From the NCBI GenBank assembly GCA_963707825.1, contig CAVPRP010000011.1, forward strand, positions 314,952 to 378,951: a stretch of 64,000 nt of DNA, written 5' to 3'. The DNA is from an uncultured Acidobacteriota bacterium. GTDB lineage: Bacteria; Acidobacteriota; Vicinamibacteria; Vicinamibacterales; UBA2999. Made by a program: the position numbers and the translations under genes. Under the pieces are notes generated by a model. It saw nothing but the letters and a program-made list of their open reading frames with translations, was not told where the DNA came from and searched no databases. This document shows, piece by piece, positions 1 through 8,939 of this stretch. Positions within the stretch are counted from its first letter, which is position 1. The number at the start of each line of letters is the position of its first letter.

Positions 1-447
1 ACTCGCCTGCGCATCGACGACAGCGGGGAAGTGCAAGGACGGGAGGTCTTCGGACCGAGCAATCTCGGCCCGGGCGCGTGGCCCGACGGGATCGCGTTCG
101 ACAGCTACGGCAACTTGTGGGGCACGCTGGTCTACTCGGACAAGCTGTTCGTGCTGACGCCGGAAGGGGACCTTCGCATCCTGCTCGATGAAGGCGATCC
201 GGTGAAGGTCGCCGCGCTCGAGCGGGCGATCGCCGAGGGTCAGGTGACCCACGACGTGCTGTTCGCGACCGGCCGTGGCGTGGCCCCGTGGATGGCCAGT
301 GTCACGTTCGGCGGCAGCGATTTGCAGACGGTGTACATCGGATCGCTGAAAGGGGATCGCATCCCGTTCTTTCGCGCGCCGGTGCCGGGCCTGCCGATGG
401 TGCACTGGCACGAGTCCGGCACGCCGTCGAAGCCAAGTTCTGCTTGA
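1..447 (+). CDS. SMP-30/gluconolactonase/LRE-family beta-propeller protein, C-terminal part (5' end upstream of window)
   Basis: The frame is open from base 1 (TRLRIDDSGEV...) to TGA 445-447. The tail (WPDGIAFDSYGNLWGTLVYSDKLFVLTPEGD...GDRIPFFRAPVPGLPMVHWHE) is near-identical to the C-terminus of the complete paralog at 32609-33649. Confidence 0.8.
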   Translation, partial: TRLRIDDSGEVQGREVFGPSNLGPGAWPDGIAFDSYGNLWGTLVYSDKLFVLTPEGDLRILLDEGDPVKVAALERAIAEGQVTHDVLFATGRGVAPWMASVTFGGSDLQTVYIGSLKGDRIPFFRAPVPGLPMVHWHESGTPSKPSSA

Positions 448-476
448 CAACAATTTATGGATACTCGATTATCGAG
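438..476 (+). promoter_or_regulatory. Sigma70-like promoter inside a conserved 37-nt block, with a palindromic candidate operator
   Basis: -35 TTGACA at 444-449, a 17-nt spacer, and -10 GATTAT at 467-472. Palindrome CTCGAT-T-ATCGAG at 464-476. The block TTCTGCTTGACAAC.ATTTA..GATACTCGATTATCG recurs at 38048-38085. Confidence 0.5.
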
Positions 477-713
477 CGCGACTAAGGGCGCACTCGGATG
501 AACTCAGATTCGGCCGTTGCACGGTGAGCTTCACGATTCGACCCACACGTTGCCTACGTGTGGCTGCCGTCGAGTCTACAGGGGACGGTGCAACTGGATC
601 CGTCGGTGCCCCGGGGTTGCGCCGCGCCTCGCGCATGAAGCCCACCGCGGATCGCGTTGCCAAATGTGAACTTTGGCTGATCGACCCAATGGGTCCCCGG
701 CTGGGAGGATAAA

Positions 714-1469
714 TTGCGACTCAAAGACAAAGTGGCCCTCGTCACGGGCGCCAGCCGCGGGATTGGTCGCGGCATCGCCGAGATTTTCGCCGAGGAAGGC
801 GCGCACGTCGCCATCAACTACACGGCGAACGCGAAGGCCGCCGACGAAGTGGCCGCCTGGGTGAAGGGCAAGGGCAGACGCGCGATGACCGCCAAGGCCG
901 ACGTCGCCAACCGCGGCGAGGTCGAGGCGATGGTCGATCGCGTCTGGAACGAACTCGGACCGATCGACATCCTCGTGAACAACGCCGGCATCGAGACGAT
1001 CGTCCCTTTCCTCGAGCTCACCGATGAGCAGTGGACCCGCTTGACCGACGTGAACCTGCGCGGCAACTGGCTCTGCTCGCAGGTCTATTGCCGCCGCGTC
1101 GTCGCCGAGAAGCGGGCCGGCAGCATCGTCAACATCGGATCGATTCAAGCCGCCAAGGTGCTGCCCGGCCGCACGCACTACGCCCCGACGAAGCTGGGCC
1201 TCGAGGCCCTGACCCGCAACATGTCGGCCGAGATGACGCCCCTCGGCATCCGCGTGAACTGCGTGCATCCGGGCCTGATCGAGACCGACATGACCGACTG
1301 GGTCATGAAGAGCCCCGACATCCTGCCGATCGTGCTGTCGCAGATCTCTCTGGGGCGCGCCGGACAGCCGCGCGAAGTGGGTGCGGTCGTCGCCTTCTTC
1401 GCGTCGGACGAGGCGAGCTATCTCACCGGGCAGTCGGTGCACGTGGACGGCGGATGGCAAGGCAAGTGA
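714..1469 (+). CDS. SDR-family oxidoreductase (FabG/glucose-1-dehydrogenase-like)
   Basis: TTG start preceded by GGGAGGA. Carries the TGASRGIG cofactor motif, NNAG, and YAPTK (YxxxK). 251 aa. Confidence 0.9.
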   Translation: MRLKDKVALVTGASRGIGRGIAEIFAEEGAHVAINYTANAKAADEVAAWVKGKGRRAMTAKADVANRGEVEAMVDRVWNELGPIDILVNNAGIETIVPFLELTDEQWTRLTDVNLRGNWLCSQVYCRRVVAEKRAGSIVNIGSIQAAKVLPGRTHYAPTKLGLEALTRNMSAEMTPLGIRVNCVHPGLIETDMTDWVMKSPDILPIVLSQISLGRAGQPREVGAVVAFFASDEASYLTGQSVHVDGGWQGK

Positions 1470-1572
1470 CGTGCTGAAGTTCGCGTTCTGAAGGTTCCAT
1501 TCGTAGTGGGTGACGGGCGGCGGCGAATCGCGCAAGGTTCGCCGTGTGTCTCGTAGTGTCGAGGAGCTGCCG

Positions 1573-2013
1573 ATGAGAACTCCCCTGTTGTTGCTGAGCA
1601 TGTTCCTGGGTGTCGTGCTGACGGTCCACCTGGCGATGAACGGCGCCGTCGGCGCCGCACTGAACAATCCCCGGGTCGGGAACGCGCTGTTCTGGGTCAT
1701 CGGCGCCACCACCGCCCTTCTCATCGGCGCCACCGGATGGCAGGCCGGCGCGCTGAGTGGTGTTGGATCCGTCAATCCAATCATGCTCACCGCGGGTGCA
1801 ATGGGAGCGAGCCTGGTGTTCGGCATCGCCTGGCTGATTCCGCAGGTCGGCGCCGGCCCGTTCACGCTCGCCCTGCTGGTTGGCCAGATATTCAGCGGCA
1901 TGGTCCTGTCGCACTTCGGCTGGCTGGGGTCGCCCCGGCAGCCCATGAACGCCATGAGCCTCATCGGCGTCGTGGTCATGATCATCGGCATCGTGCTGAC
2001 CACCCGGAGATAG
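1573..2013 (+). CDS. Small DMT-superfamily membrane protein (DUF606/YdcZ-like)
   Basis: ATG at 1573 follows GAGGAG. About 146 aa, with 4-5 hydrophobic helices. Lies between two SDR genes in the same strand run. Confidence 0.6.
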   Translation: MRTPLLLLSMFLGVVLTVHLAMNGAVGAALNNPRVGNALFWVIGATTALLIGATGWQAGALSGVGSVNPIMLTAGAMGASLVFGIAWLIPQVGAGPFTLALLVGQIFSGMVLSHFGWLGSPRQPMNAMSLIGVVVMIIGIVLTTRR

Positions 2014-2018
2014 CGGCG

Positions 2019-2798
2019 ATGGCTGTGGACTACGCGGGGTTCGGACTGAGCGGCAAGGTGGCGATCGTGACCGGGCCCTCACAGGGGATCGGCCGGGCGA
2101 TCGCCGTCGGTCTGGCCAAGGCCGGCGCCGACGTGGCGCTGGCGCCGCGCCCCAACCATGATCGGCAGGCGATCACCGGGCTGATCGCGGAGATCGAGGC
2201 GCTCGGTCGCCGCGCTCTGCTCGTGCCGACCGATGTCACGCAGGTGGAGCAGGTGCGGTCGATGGTCGCCAGGACCAAGGATGGCCTGGGCCGAGTCGAC
2301 ATCCTGGTCAACAACGCCGGCTGGACCTGCACCGGCCCGGCGCTCGACGCGACCGAAGACGACTACGACGCCACCTTGGCGGCCACGACCAAAAGCGTCT
2401 TCTTCGCGTGTCAGGCCGCGGCACGCGAGATGATTCCGCAAGGCGGCGGCCGCATCATCAACATCGGATCGAATTTCGCCATCTCGGCCTTCAAGACGCG
2501 GGCGATCTACGGCGCCGCGAAGGCCGCCGTCCATCAGCTCTCGCGGGCGCTGTCGCTCGAGTGGGCCAAGGACAACGTCGTCGTCAACGTGGTGGCGCCG
2601 TGCATTACCGAAACCGAGTCGCGGCGGGCCATTCTCGAGCGTCCTGGCTACAAGGAGTGGGTCGCCGAGAAGCTGCCGATCGGACGGTGGAACCAGCCGG
2701 AGGACATCGTCGGTGCGGTGTTGTTCCTGTGCAGCGACATGGCCCGCCAGGTCGTTGGTCATGTGCTGTACGTGGACGGCGGCTGGACGATTCACTGA
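2019..2798 (+). CDS. SDR-family oxidoreductase
   Basis: Motifs TGPSQGIGRAIA, NNAG and YGAAKAA. ATG at 2019 lies 5 nt after the previous stop. Confidence 0.85.
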   Translation: MAVDYAGFGLSGKVAIVTGPSQGIGRAIAVGLAKAGADVALAPRPNHDRQAITGLIAEIEALGRRALLVPTDVTQVEQVRSMVARTKDGLGRVDILVNNAGWTCTGPALDATEDDYDATLAATTKSVFFACQAAAREMIPQGGGRIINIGSNFAISAFKTRAIYGAAKAAVHQLSRALSLEWAKDNVVVNVVAPCITETESRRAILERPGYKEWVAEKLPIGRWNQPEDIVGAVLFLCSDMARQVVGHVLYVDGGWTIH

Positions 2799-2923
2799 CG
2801 GCGGGGGACCGCCACCCAGGGGAATTGCCGCCCACGCTGTTCGATGCCAAATCTGATTGACGCTGCGAATCCGCATCTGTTAGCGTCATCGGAGCGCAAT
2901 CGACAATCGAGCGCCGAGCTTCT

Positions 2924-3648
2924 ATGGCACATGACAAGAAGAGATTCACGCCGATTCGGCGACGCGTCCTGCGCGAGGAAATCCGCGAGCAGGTGATCGA
3001 CGACATCCTGAGCGGGCGTCTCGCCCCGGTACCCGCATCGTCGAAACCCAGCTGGCAAAACAATTCGGTGTCAGCCAGGCGCCGGTCCGCGAGGCGCTCC
3101 GGGATCTCGCGCTCTTTGGCTTCGTGGTGTGCTCGCCGTTTCGCAGCACCTACGTGCGCGAAATCTCGACCGAGGATCTGGTGAAGAGTTACCCCGTCCG
3201 TGCTGCCCTCGAAAGCGTCGCCGCCCGCGAGGCGGCGGCCGTCATCGACGACGACACCCTCGCCCAGCTGGAAGACCTGATCGTGGCGATGCGCAGGGCC
3301 GCGGAAGCGAACGATTACCGCGCGCACGTCGATGCCGACTTCGCTTTTCACCACACCATCATCAAGGCGGCCGGCAACGACATGCTCGAGCACGTGTGGC
3401 AGTCCATGCGTCTGGCCACCACGACCCTGGTGACCCACTCGATGATCCAGATGACGCACCGGTCGATGGGCGAGATCGGCGAACGGCACGTGGCGGTGCT
3501 CGAAGCGTTGCGGTCGCGCGATCCGCTCGTGGCCGAGACGGCGATGCGCCGGCACATCGAGGAACCGGGCGAGTGGATTCGCGACGCGCTGCGGAAGGAA
3601 GAACTGCAGGCGGCCGTCGATCCGCCCGAGCGCGCCACCGCCGTCTGA
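2924..3648 (+). pseudogene. GntR/FadR-family transcriptional regulator interrupted by a 1-nt deletion near 3022-3028
   Basis: The wHTH N-terminus (RRRVLREEIREQVIDDILSGRLAP) continues in the -1 frame as GTRIVETQLAKQFGVSQAPVREALRDL. The FCD-type C-terminal domain is then in the frame of ORF 3124-3648. Length is 725 nt, which is 2 mod 3. Confidence 0.8.
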
Positions 3649-3692
3649 AGCGTCGCTGCAGCAAGCCGTCGCGTCACCGAGACCCTGCCCTC

Positions 3693-4763
3693 ATGTCAAA
3701 GCAACCTTCCATCATGCGGGCGCTGGTCCTGCGCGCGCCGCGCACCTTCGCGGTCGAAGACGTGCCGCTCCCCGCCGCGCTCGAGCCCGACGAGGTGCTG
3801 TGCCGCGTCGACACCACGTTCATCTGCGGCACCGATCCTCACATCATCAACGGCGATTTCCCGGGTTTCTGGCCGCCGGCGTTTCCGTTCATCCCAGGTC
3901 ACGAGTGGTCGGCCACCATCGTCGACGGTGGCCCGCGTGCGCTCGCCCTGGGCTGGACGCCGGGGCAACGCGTGTGTGCCATCTCACACTGCGGCTGCGG
4001 CTTCTGCGCCAACTGCCTGGCCGGGCGCTACAACCTGTGCCTGAACTACGGGCACCCCGAGCGTGGTCATCGACAGTACGGCCATATCACCCCTGGCGCC
4101 TACGCCGAGTACGTCAGCGCCTCGGTGAAGAGTCTGGTGCGCGTGCCCGAGGGGTTCGATCTGGAGCTGGCGGCATGCGTCGACCCGCTCAGCATCGCCC
4201 TGTACACGGTCAAGCGGAGCCGCCTGCAGCCGGGTGACGACCTGCTGGTCATGGGTACTGGACCGCAGGGGCTGATGGCGATTCTCTGTGCCCAGGCCAT
4301 GGGGGCGGGTCGCGTCATCGCCGTGGGCTCGGGCGAGCGTCTGGCCCTGGCCACGAAGCTCGGCGCGCTGCCCATCGACTATCGGTCCGGCGCCGTGGTG
4401 CAGCAGGTGCGCGACCTCACCGGCGGCCTCGGCGTACCGGCGGTGGTCGAGTGCGCCGGCACGGCAGCGGCGATTCGTGACTGCTGCCTGGCGGCAGCCA
4501 AAGGCGGGGTCGTGTCGGTCATCGGCATCCCTCACGAAGATCCGGTCCTGCCGATGAAGCGCATCGTGCTCGACGAAATCGAGATCATCGGCGACCGCGC
4601 CAACCCGAACACCGCGGAAGAGGCCCTCTCGCTGCTCGTCAACGGACGCGTCGATCTCACACCGCTGCTCACTCATCGGTTCCCGCTGGCTGATTTCGCT
4701 CACGCCCTCGACACCTTCGAGCGACGTCGGGACGGCGCGGTGAAGGTGGCCATCAAGCCGTGA
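3693..4763 (+). CDS. Zinc-dependent alcohol/polyol dehydrogenase (MDR family)
   Basis: GHEWSA catalytic-zinc motif, structural-zinc cysteines [17 protein letters not shown], and Rossmann motif GTGPQG. Confidence 0.85.
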   Translation: MSKQPSIMRALVLRAPRTFAVEDVPLPAALEPDEVLCRVDTTFICGTDPHIINGDFPGFWPPAFPFIPGHEWSATIVDGGPRALALGWTPGQRVCAISHCGCGFCANCLAGRYNLCLNYGHPERGHRQYGHITPGAYAEYVSASVKSLVRVPEGFDLELAACVDPLSIALYTVKRSRLQPGDDLLVMGTGPQGLMAILCAQAMGAGRVIAVGSGERLALATKLGALPIDYRSGAVVQQVRDLTGGLGVPAVVECAGTAAAIRDCCLAAAKGGVVSVIGIPHEDPVLPMKRIVLDEIEIIGDRANPNTAEEALSLLVNGRVDLTPLLTHRFPLADFAHALDTFERRRDGAVKVAIKP

Positions 4764-5626
4764 CCATGAAGCTGTACAAGACCACGCGGGGCCCGGTGAT
4801 CGAGGCCGACGGATTACGCCACCTGGCGCCGGTGAGCGACTGGGACGCGTTGTTCAATCACGACGACCTGGCCGCCGCGCTCGCCGAGATGACACGGCAT
4901 GCGGCGCCCGTGCCCGCCGATTTCGACCTGGCCACCGAAACGCTGGCGCCCATCGGCCGCCAGGAAGTGTGGGCCGCTGGGGTCACCTACTTCCGCAGCC
5001 GCAGCGCCCGCATCGAAGAATCGAAATCGTCAGGCGGCGGCGACTTCTACGATCGCGTCTACAACGCGCATCGTCCCGAGCTGTTCTTCAAGGCCACAGC
5101 GCATCGTGTGGCGGGGCCGGGGCAGCCGCTTCGCATCCGCCGCGATTCTGCGTGGAACGTGCCAGAGCCCGAGTTGGCGCTGGCCGTGAACTCGCGCGGC
5201 ACGATCATCGGCTACACCATCGGCAACGACATGAGCTCGCGCGACATCGAGGGCGAGAACCCGCTCTATCTGCCGCAGGCCAAGGTCTATGCGCAGTGCT
5301 GCGGGCTTGGACCGGCCTTGTATGTCTCGTCAGAGCCGCTCGCGCCCACGACCGACATCCGGATCGAGATCAGCCGCGCCGGTGAGCGGGCGTTCGAGGG
5401 GCGGTGCCAGTTGGGCAGCATGAAGCGTTCCCCGGTGGAACTGGTCGAGTTCCTGTTTCGCGACAACCCCTTCCCCGAAGGCTGCCTGCTGCTCACCGGC
5501 ACCGGGATCGTTCCGCCCGACGACTTCACGCTGAACGCCGGCGACGAGGTGCGCATCACCATCGACCCGATCGGCACGCTGACCAATACCGTGGTGCAAG
5601 CCACAGACGTAGTGCAGGGCTCATGA
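4760..5626 (+). CDS. FAH-family 2-dehydro-3-deoxy-D-pentonate (D-arabinonate) dehydratase, KdaD-like
   Basis: [36 protein letters not shown] and TGTGIVPP closely mirror the Sulfolobus KdaD sequence as I recall it. GTGA overlap with the upstream stop; ATG 4766 is an alternative start. Confidence 0.8.
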   Translation: MTMKLYKTTRGPVIEADGLRHLAPVSDWDALFNHDDLAAALAEMTRHAAPVPADFDLATETLAPIGRQEVWAAGVTYFRSRSARIEESKSSGGGDFYDRVYNAHRPELFFKATAHRVAGPGQPLRIRRDSAWNVPEPELALAVNSRGTIIGYTIGNDMSSRDIEGENPLYLPQAKVYAQCCGLGPALYVSSEPLAPTTDIRIEISRAGERAFEGRCQLGSMKRSPVELVEFLFRDNPFPEGCLLLTGTGIVPPDDFTLNAGDEVRITIDPIGTLTNTVVQATDVVQGS

Positions 5627-7194
5627 CGTTGACAGGCAAGAATTTGATTGCCGGCGCCGAGGTGCCCTCGAACGCCGGCACCTTCGCTGCCGGTTCGGGG
5701 CTGGGTCCCGTCGAGGAGGCCTCGGCCGAGCACATCGGTGCGGCGCTCGAGGCGGCCGATCGCGCCTTCGAACAATACCGCACGGTGCCAGCGGACCAGC
5801 GCGCCGCCCTGCTCGAGCAGATCGCGGTGGAGATCGAAGGGCTTGGCGAAGAACTTCTCGCCGTGGCCCACGCCGAAACGGCGCTGCCCGTGGCCGAGCG
5901 GCTGATTGGCGAACGTGGCCGCACCCTCAAGCAGCTGCGGCTGTTCGCGAGCTTGGCCCGCGAAGGATCGTGGGTGGATGCGCGCATCGACCGCGCCAAT
6001 CCCGATCAGAAGCCGCCCCGCCCGGACATCCGGCGGATGCTCGTCCCGATCGGTCCAGTGGCGGTCTTCAGCGCCAGCAATTTTCCGCTGGCGTTCTCCG
6101 TGGCCGGCACCGACACGGCCTCGGCGCTTGCGGCCGGATGCCCCGTAGTGGTCAAAGGGCATCCGGCGCATCCGGCTACGTCGGAGCTCACGGCGCGGGC
6201 GATCATCCAAGCCATCGAGAAGACGGGCTTGCCCGCCGGGGTCTTTTCGCTGCTGCAGAGCACGCGCAACGACATCGCCGTGGCCTTGGTGCGGCATCGG
6301 CTGACCAGGGCGGTGGCCTTCACTGGAAGTCTTACAGCCGGACGCGCGCTGTTCGACGCGGGCGCGAGCCGGCCGGAACCGATTCCGGTGTATGCCGAGA
6401 TGGGCAGCGTCAACCCGGTATTCGTGCTTCCGGGCGCGCTCGGAGAACGGGCCGAGACCATCGCCGCGGGGCTCGCGCAGTCGGTCACGCTCGGGGTGGG
6501 GCAGTTCTGCACCTGTCCAGGCATCGCCGCCGGCATCGCCGGTGCGGACTTCGACCGGTTCGTCGCCCGTCTGGAGGAGCTGATCGCGAACGCCGGACCC
6601 GGGACGATGCTCTATCCGAGGATCCTGCACTCGTACGAGACGGGCGCGCGGCAGTTGAGCGCGATCGACGGCGTCCGCACGGTGCGTGGCGAGGGCGGAG
6701 CGGACGAGGAGGGCACGCAGGCGCGGCCCACGCTGTTCGTGACCGACGCGGCCACCTTCCTCGGGCATGACGAGCTGCGCCACGAAGTGTTCGGACCCTC
6801 GACCGTCTTGGTACGGTGCGACTCGCCGGAGCAACTGGTGGACGTCGCGCGGGCGCTCGACGGTCAGCTGACGGCCACCATCCATGGCATCACGGCCGAC
6901 TTGACCGCGCACGCCGCCCTGGTCTCGACGCTGGAGCGCAAGGCCGGCCGCCTCATCTTCAACGGCTTCCCGACCGGCGTCGAGGTGTGCTCGGCGATGC
7001 AGCACGGCGGACCGTATCCGGCGACCACCGATGCGCGGTCGACCTCGGTGGGCACGGCGGCGATCGATCGCTTCGCCCGGCCGGTGGCCTACCAGGACTT
7101 CCCGCCGTCGGCGCTGCCGCCCGAGCTGCAAGACGGCAACCCGAAACACGTGTGGCGCTCGGTGGATGGCGAGCGGACCCGCGACGGGTTCTAG
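5623..7194 (+). CDS. Aldehyde dehydrogenase, alpha-ketoglutarate semialdehyde (2,5-dioxovalerate) dehydrogenase type
   Basis: ATGA overlap with the KdaD-like gene. ALDH motifs FTGS, EMGSVNP and QFCTCPG. About 523 aa. Confidence 0.85.
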   Translation: MTLTGKNLIAGAEVPSNAGTFAAGSGLGPVEEASAEHIGAALEAADRAFEQYRTVPADQRAALLEQIAVEIEGLGEELLAVAHAETALPVAERLIGERGRTLKQLRLFASLAREGSWVDARIDRANPDQKPPRPDIRRMLVPIGPVAVFSASNFPLAFSVAGTDTASALAAGCPVVVKGHPAHPATSELTARAIIQAIEKTGLPAGVFSLLQSTRNDIAVALVRHRLTRAVAFTGSLTAGRALFDAGASRPEPIPVYAEMGSVNPVFVLPGALGERAETIAAGLAQSVTLGVGQFCTCPGIAAGIAGADFDRFVARLEELIANAGPGTMLYPRILHSYETGARQLSAIDGVRTVRGEGGADEEGTQARPTLFVTDAATFLGHDELRHEVFGPSTVLVRCDSPEQLVDVARALDGQLTATIHGITADLTAHAALVSTLERKAGRLIFNGFPTGVEVCSAMQHGGPYPATTDARSTSVGTAAIDRFARPVAYQDFPPSALPPELQDGNPKHVWRSVDGERTRDGF

Positions 7195-7229
7195 ACGAGC
7201 CGCGGGTCGCGAACGCCGCCGGGTGGTGG

Positions 7230-8162
7230 TCAGGCCAGCTGCATGTACGCCACTGGGTTACCGCGCACCTTCATCCGCACGCGATAGATCGAGGTCGAGC
7301 ACGTGCAGTAGAGGTCGCGCCAGTCGCGCCCGCCCCAGTTCAGGTTGCCGGCGATCTCCGGCATCCCGATGACCCCGAGCCGACGGCCATCCACACCGAG
7401 CACCCAGATGCCGCCCGGCCCGGTCACGTAGATGTTGCCGTGCTCGTCGCACTTCATGCCGTCGACCACGCCGACGGCGTAGTCCCCGGTGCCGACGTCG
7501 GCCGTGAACGTGCGTCCGCCGCTGAGCGAGCCATCCGCGGCGATGTCGAACGCGCGGATGTGGGCGCGCGTCGTGTCGTTCACGTAGAGCGTCCGCTCGT
7601 CCGGCGACAGGCACAGCCCGTTCGGCTGGTCGAAGTCGTCGGCCTCGCAGTGCAGCGTGCCGTCGGTGGCGAGGCGGTAGACACCCTGGAAGCCCAGCTC
7701 GACCGGACGCTCCAGCCCGAACCCGGGCATCCGCCCGTAGGTCGGATCGCTGAAGTAGACGACGCCGTCCGACCGCACGACGACGTCGTTCGGGCTGTTC
7801 AGTGACTTGCCCTGCCAGTGTGTGGCCAACGTCCGCCGCTCGCCGCCGGGCGTCTCCATGACCAGCGAGCTGGTCACGTGCTCGCACACGTAGAGGTTGC
7901 CGGCGCCGTCGTAGGTCATCCCGTTGCACTTGTTGCTCGGGTTGCGCAACTCGACGACGCCGTCCCGGTCGTTCCACCGGCGCCGCACATCGCCGGGCAT
8001 GTCGCTGAAATACAGGGTCTGCTCGCGCGGGTTCCAGATCGGTCCCTCGCAGAACTTGAACCCCGTGCAGACCTGCTCGATCACCACTGCGCGATCGACG
8101 AGCACGAGCATCCCGGGATCGTTGACTTCGACGGCTGCCTCTGACGGACTCTCGCTGCTCAT
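7230..8162 (-). CDS. SMP-30/gluconolactonase/LRE-family lactonase
   Basis: 310 aa. CEGPIW, NSPNDVVV, PNGLCLSPDE and DGMKCDEHGNIY are typical of six-bladed lactonases. Confidence 0.85.
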   Translation of the reverse strand: MSSESPSEAAVEVNDPGMLVLVDRAVVIEQVCTGFKFCEGPIWNPREQTLYFSDMPGDVRRRWNDRDGVVELRNPSNKCNGMTYDGAGNLYVCEHVTSSLVMETPGGERRTLATHWQGKSLNSPNDVVVRSDGVVYFSDPTYGRMPGFGLERPVELGFQGVYRLATDGTLHCEADDFDQPNGLCLSPDERTLYVNDTTRAHIRAFDIAADGSLSGGRTFTADVGTGDYAVGVVDGMKCDEHGNIYVTGPGGIWVLGVDGRRLGVIGMPEIAGNLNWGGRDWRDLYCTCSTSIYRVRMKVRGNPVAYMQLA

Positions 8163-8187
8163 ATCGCCTCCGCCGCGATCGTCGCGG

Positions 8188-8508
8188 TCACCGAATCTCG
8201 AACAGCAGGAAGGCGACGTCGTGCGTCGTCAGGAACGCGTCCAGGGCGCCCCATACCTGCTGGTGCTCCGCCGATGCGACCCACCGCTGCCGCAGCGCTT
8301 CGGTGCTGAAGGAGATCGAGAACCGGTAGTTGACGCCCGGCGGCGCCGACCCGGTCACGGCCTGCTGGAGCTTCAGCAGTTGCAGGTCGATGTAGCCTTC
8401 GAACCCTTGCGCCGTCGGCCGGTAGATCGTCTCGAAATAGTGGAGGGCCTCGGCCTCGCGCGCCGGATCGATGGCCAGATCGCCGTGGACTTGAATTGGA
8501 CGTGACAT
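8188..8508 (-). CDS. Small ABM-like (dimeric alpha/beta barrel) protein, function unknown
   Basis: 106 aa, cytoplasmic. Size and pattern resemble antibiotic-biosynthesis-monooxygenase domains. The assignment is weak. Confidence 0.4.
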   Translation of the reverse strand: MSRPIQVHGDLAIDPAREAEALHYFETIYRPTAQGFEGYIDLQLLKLQQAVTGSAPPGVNYRFSISFSTEALRQRWVASAEHQQVWGALDAFLTTHDVAFLLFEIR

Positions 8509-8611
8509 GCTGCAGGCTCCGGATCCGCGTGATCGTGTTCGTGTGCCACCAGGCGAGAACGCCTTCGTTTGAACGCCGCCATCATGTTCGAACCGGTCCG
8601 GCTCCCCGCAC

Positions 8612-8935
8612 TCAGCGGCGATACGGACGCGGCGGCGGCCCGAACTGCTCGGTCAGGTAGTCGACGACGAGCTTGAGTTCGTCGTCAGACCCTTCGGCGC
8701 CACGCACGACCATCTCCTGGACGACCTGCTGCCAGGCGGCGCGTGACCGGCGCGGGCCGGTCACGGCGTCTTCGGCCGGGTGACACCCGGAACACACTTG
8801 CTGGAACTCCTTTTTCCCCGTGCCGTCCGGCAGCGGCGTCTGTCGCGCGCCGAGCACCGACACGCTCATCACGGTCACGCTGCAGCACAGCAAGAACCCG
8901 AGCGGCGCGCCCCAGATCAACCGCGAGGTGGTCAC
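8612..8935 (-). CDS. Exported monoheme c-type cytochrome
   Basis: GTG start 4 nt after the PQQ-dehydrogenase stop. Hydrophobic signal segment and a single CSGCH heme motif. Confidence 0.75.
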   Translation of the reverse strand: MTTSRLIWGAPLGFLLCCSVTVMSVSVLGARQTPLPDGTGKKEFQQVCSGCHPAEDAVTGPRRSRAAWQQVVQEMVVRGAEGSDDELKLVVDYLTEQFGPPPRPYRR

Positions 8936-8939
8936 TACT

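Noticed and set aside
524-712. A 62-aa ORF within the long leader upstream of the SDR gene, as a possible leader peptide.
   Set aside because: It has no ribosome-binding site. The composition is Arg/Ala/Gly-rich, typical of random high-GC frames. It also overlaps equally long ORFs in other frames.
576-2003. Long antisense ORFs opposite well-supported genes. Examples are 576-2003(-), 5287-7149(-), 11661-14090(-), 27193-29358(-), 38182-40836(-), 42254-43702(-) and 44485-45951(-).
   Set aside because: These are typical shadow ORFs of high-GC DNA. Their translations are Arg/Ala/Gly/Pro-rich low-complexity strings with no recognisable family motifs. The opposite strand encodes clearly conserved proteins.
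8509-8611. tRNA-like GTTCGAACC element in the intergenic region between the ABM-like and cytochrome c genes.
   Set aside because: No acceptor stem, D-arm or anticodon arm can be built around it. It is an isolated 9-mer.
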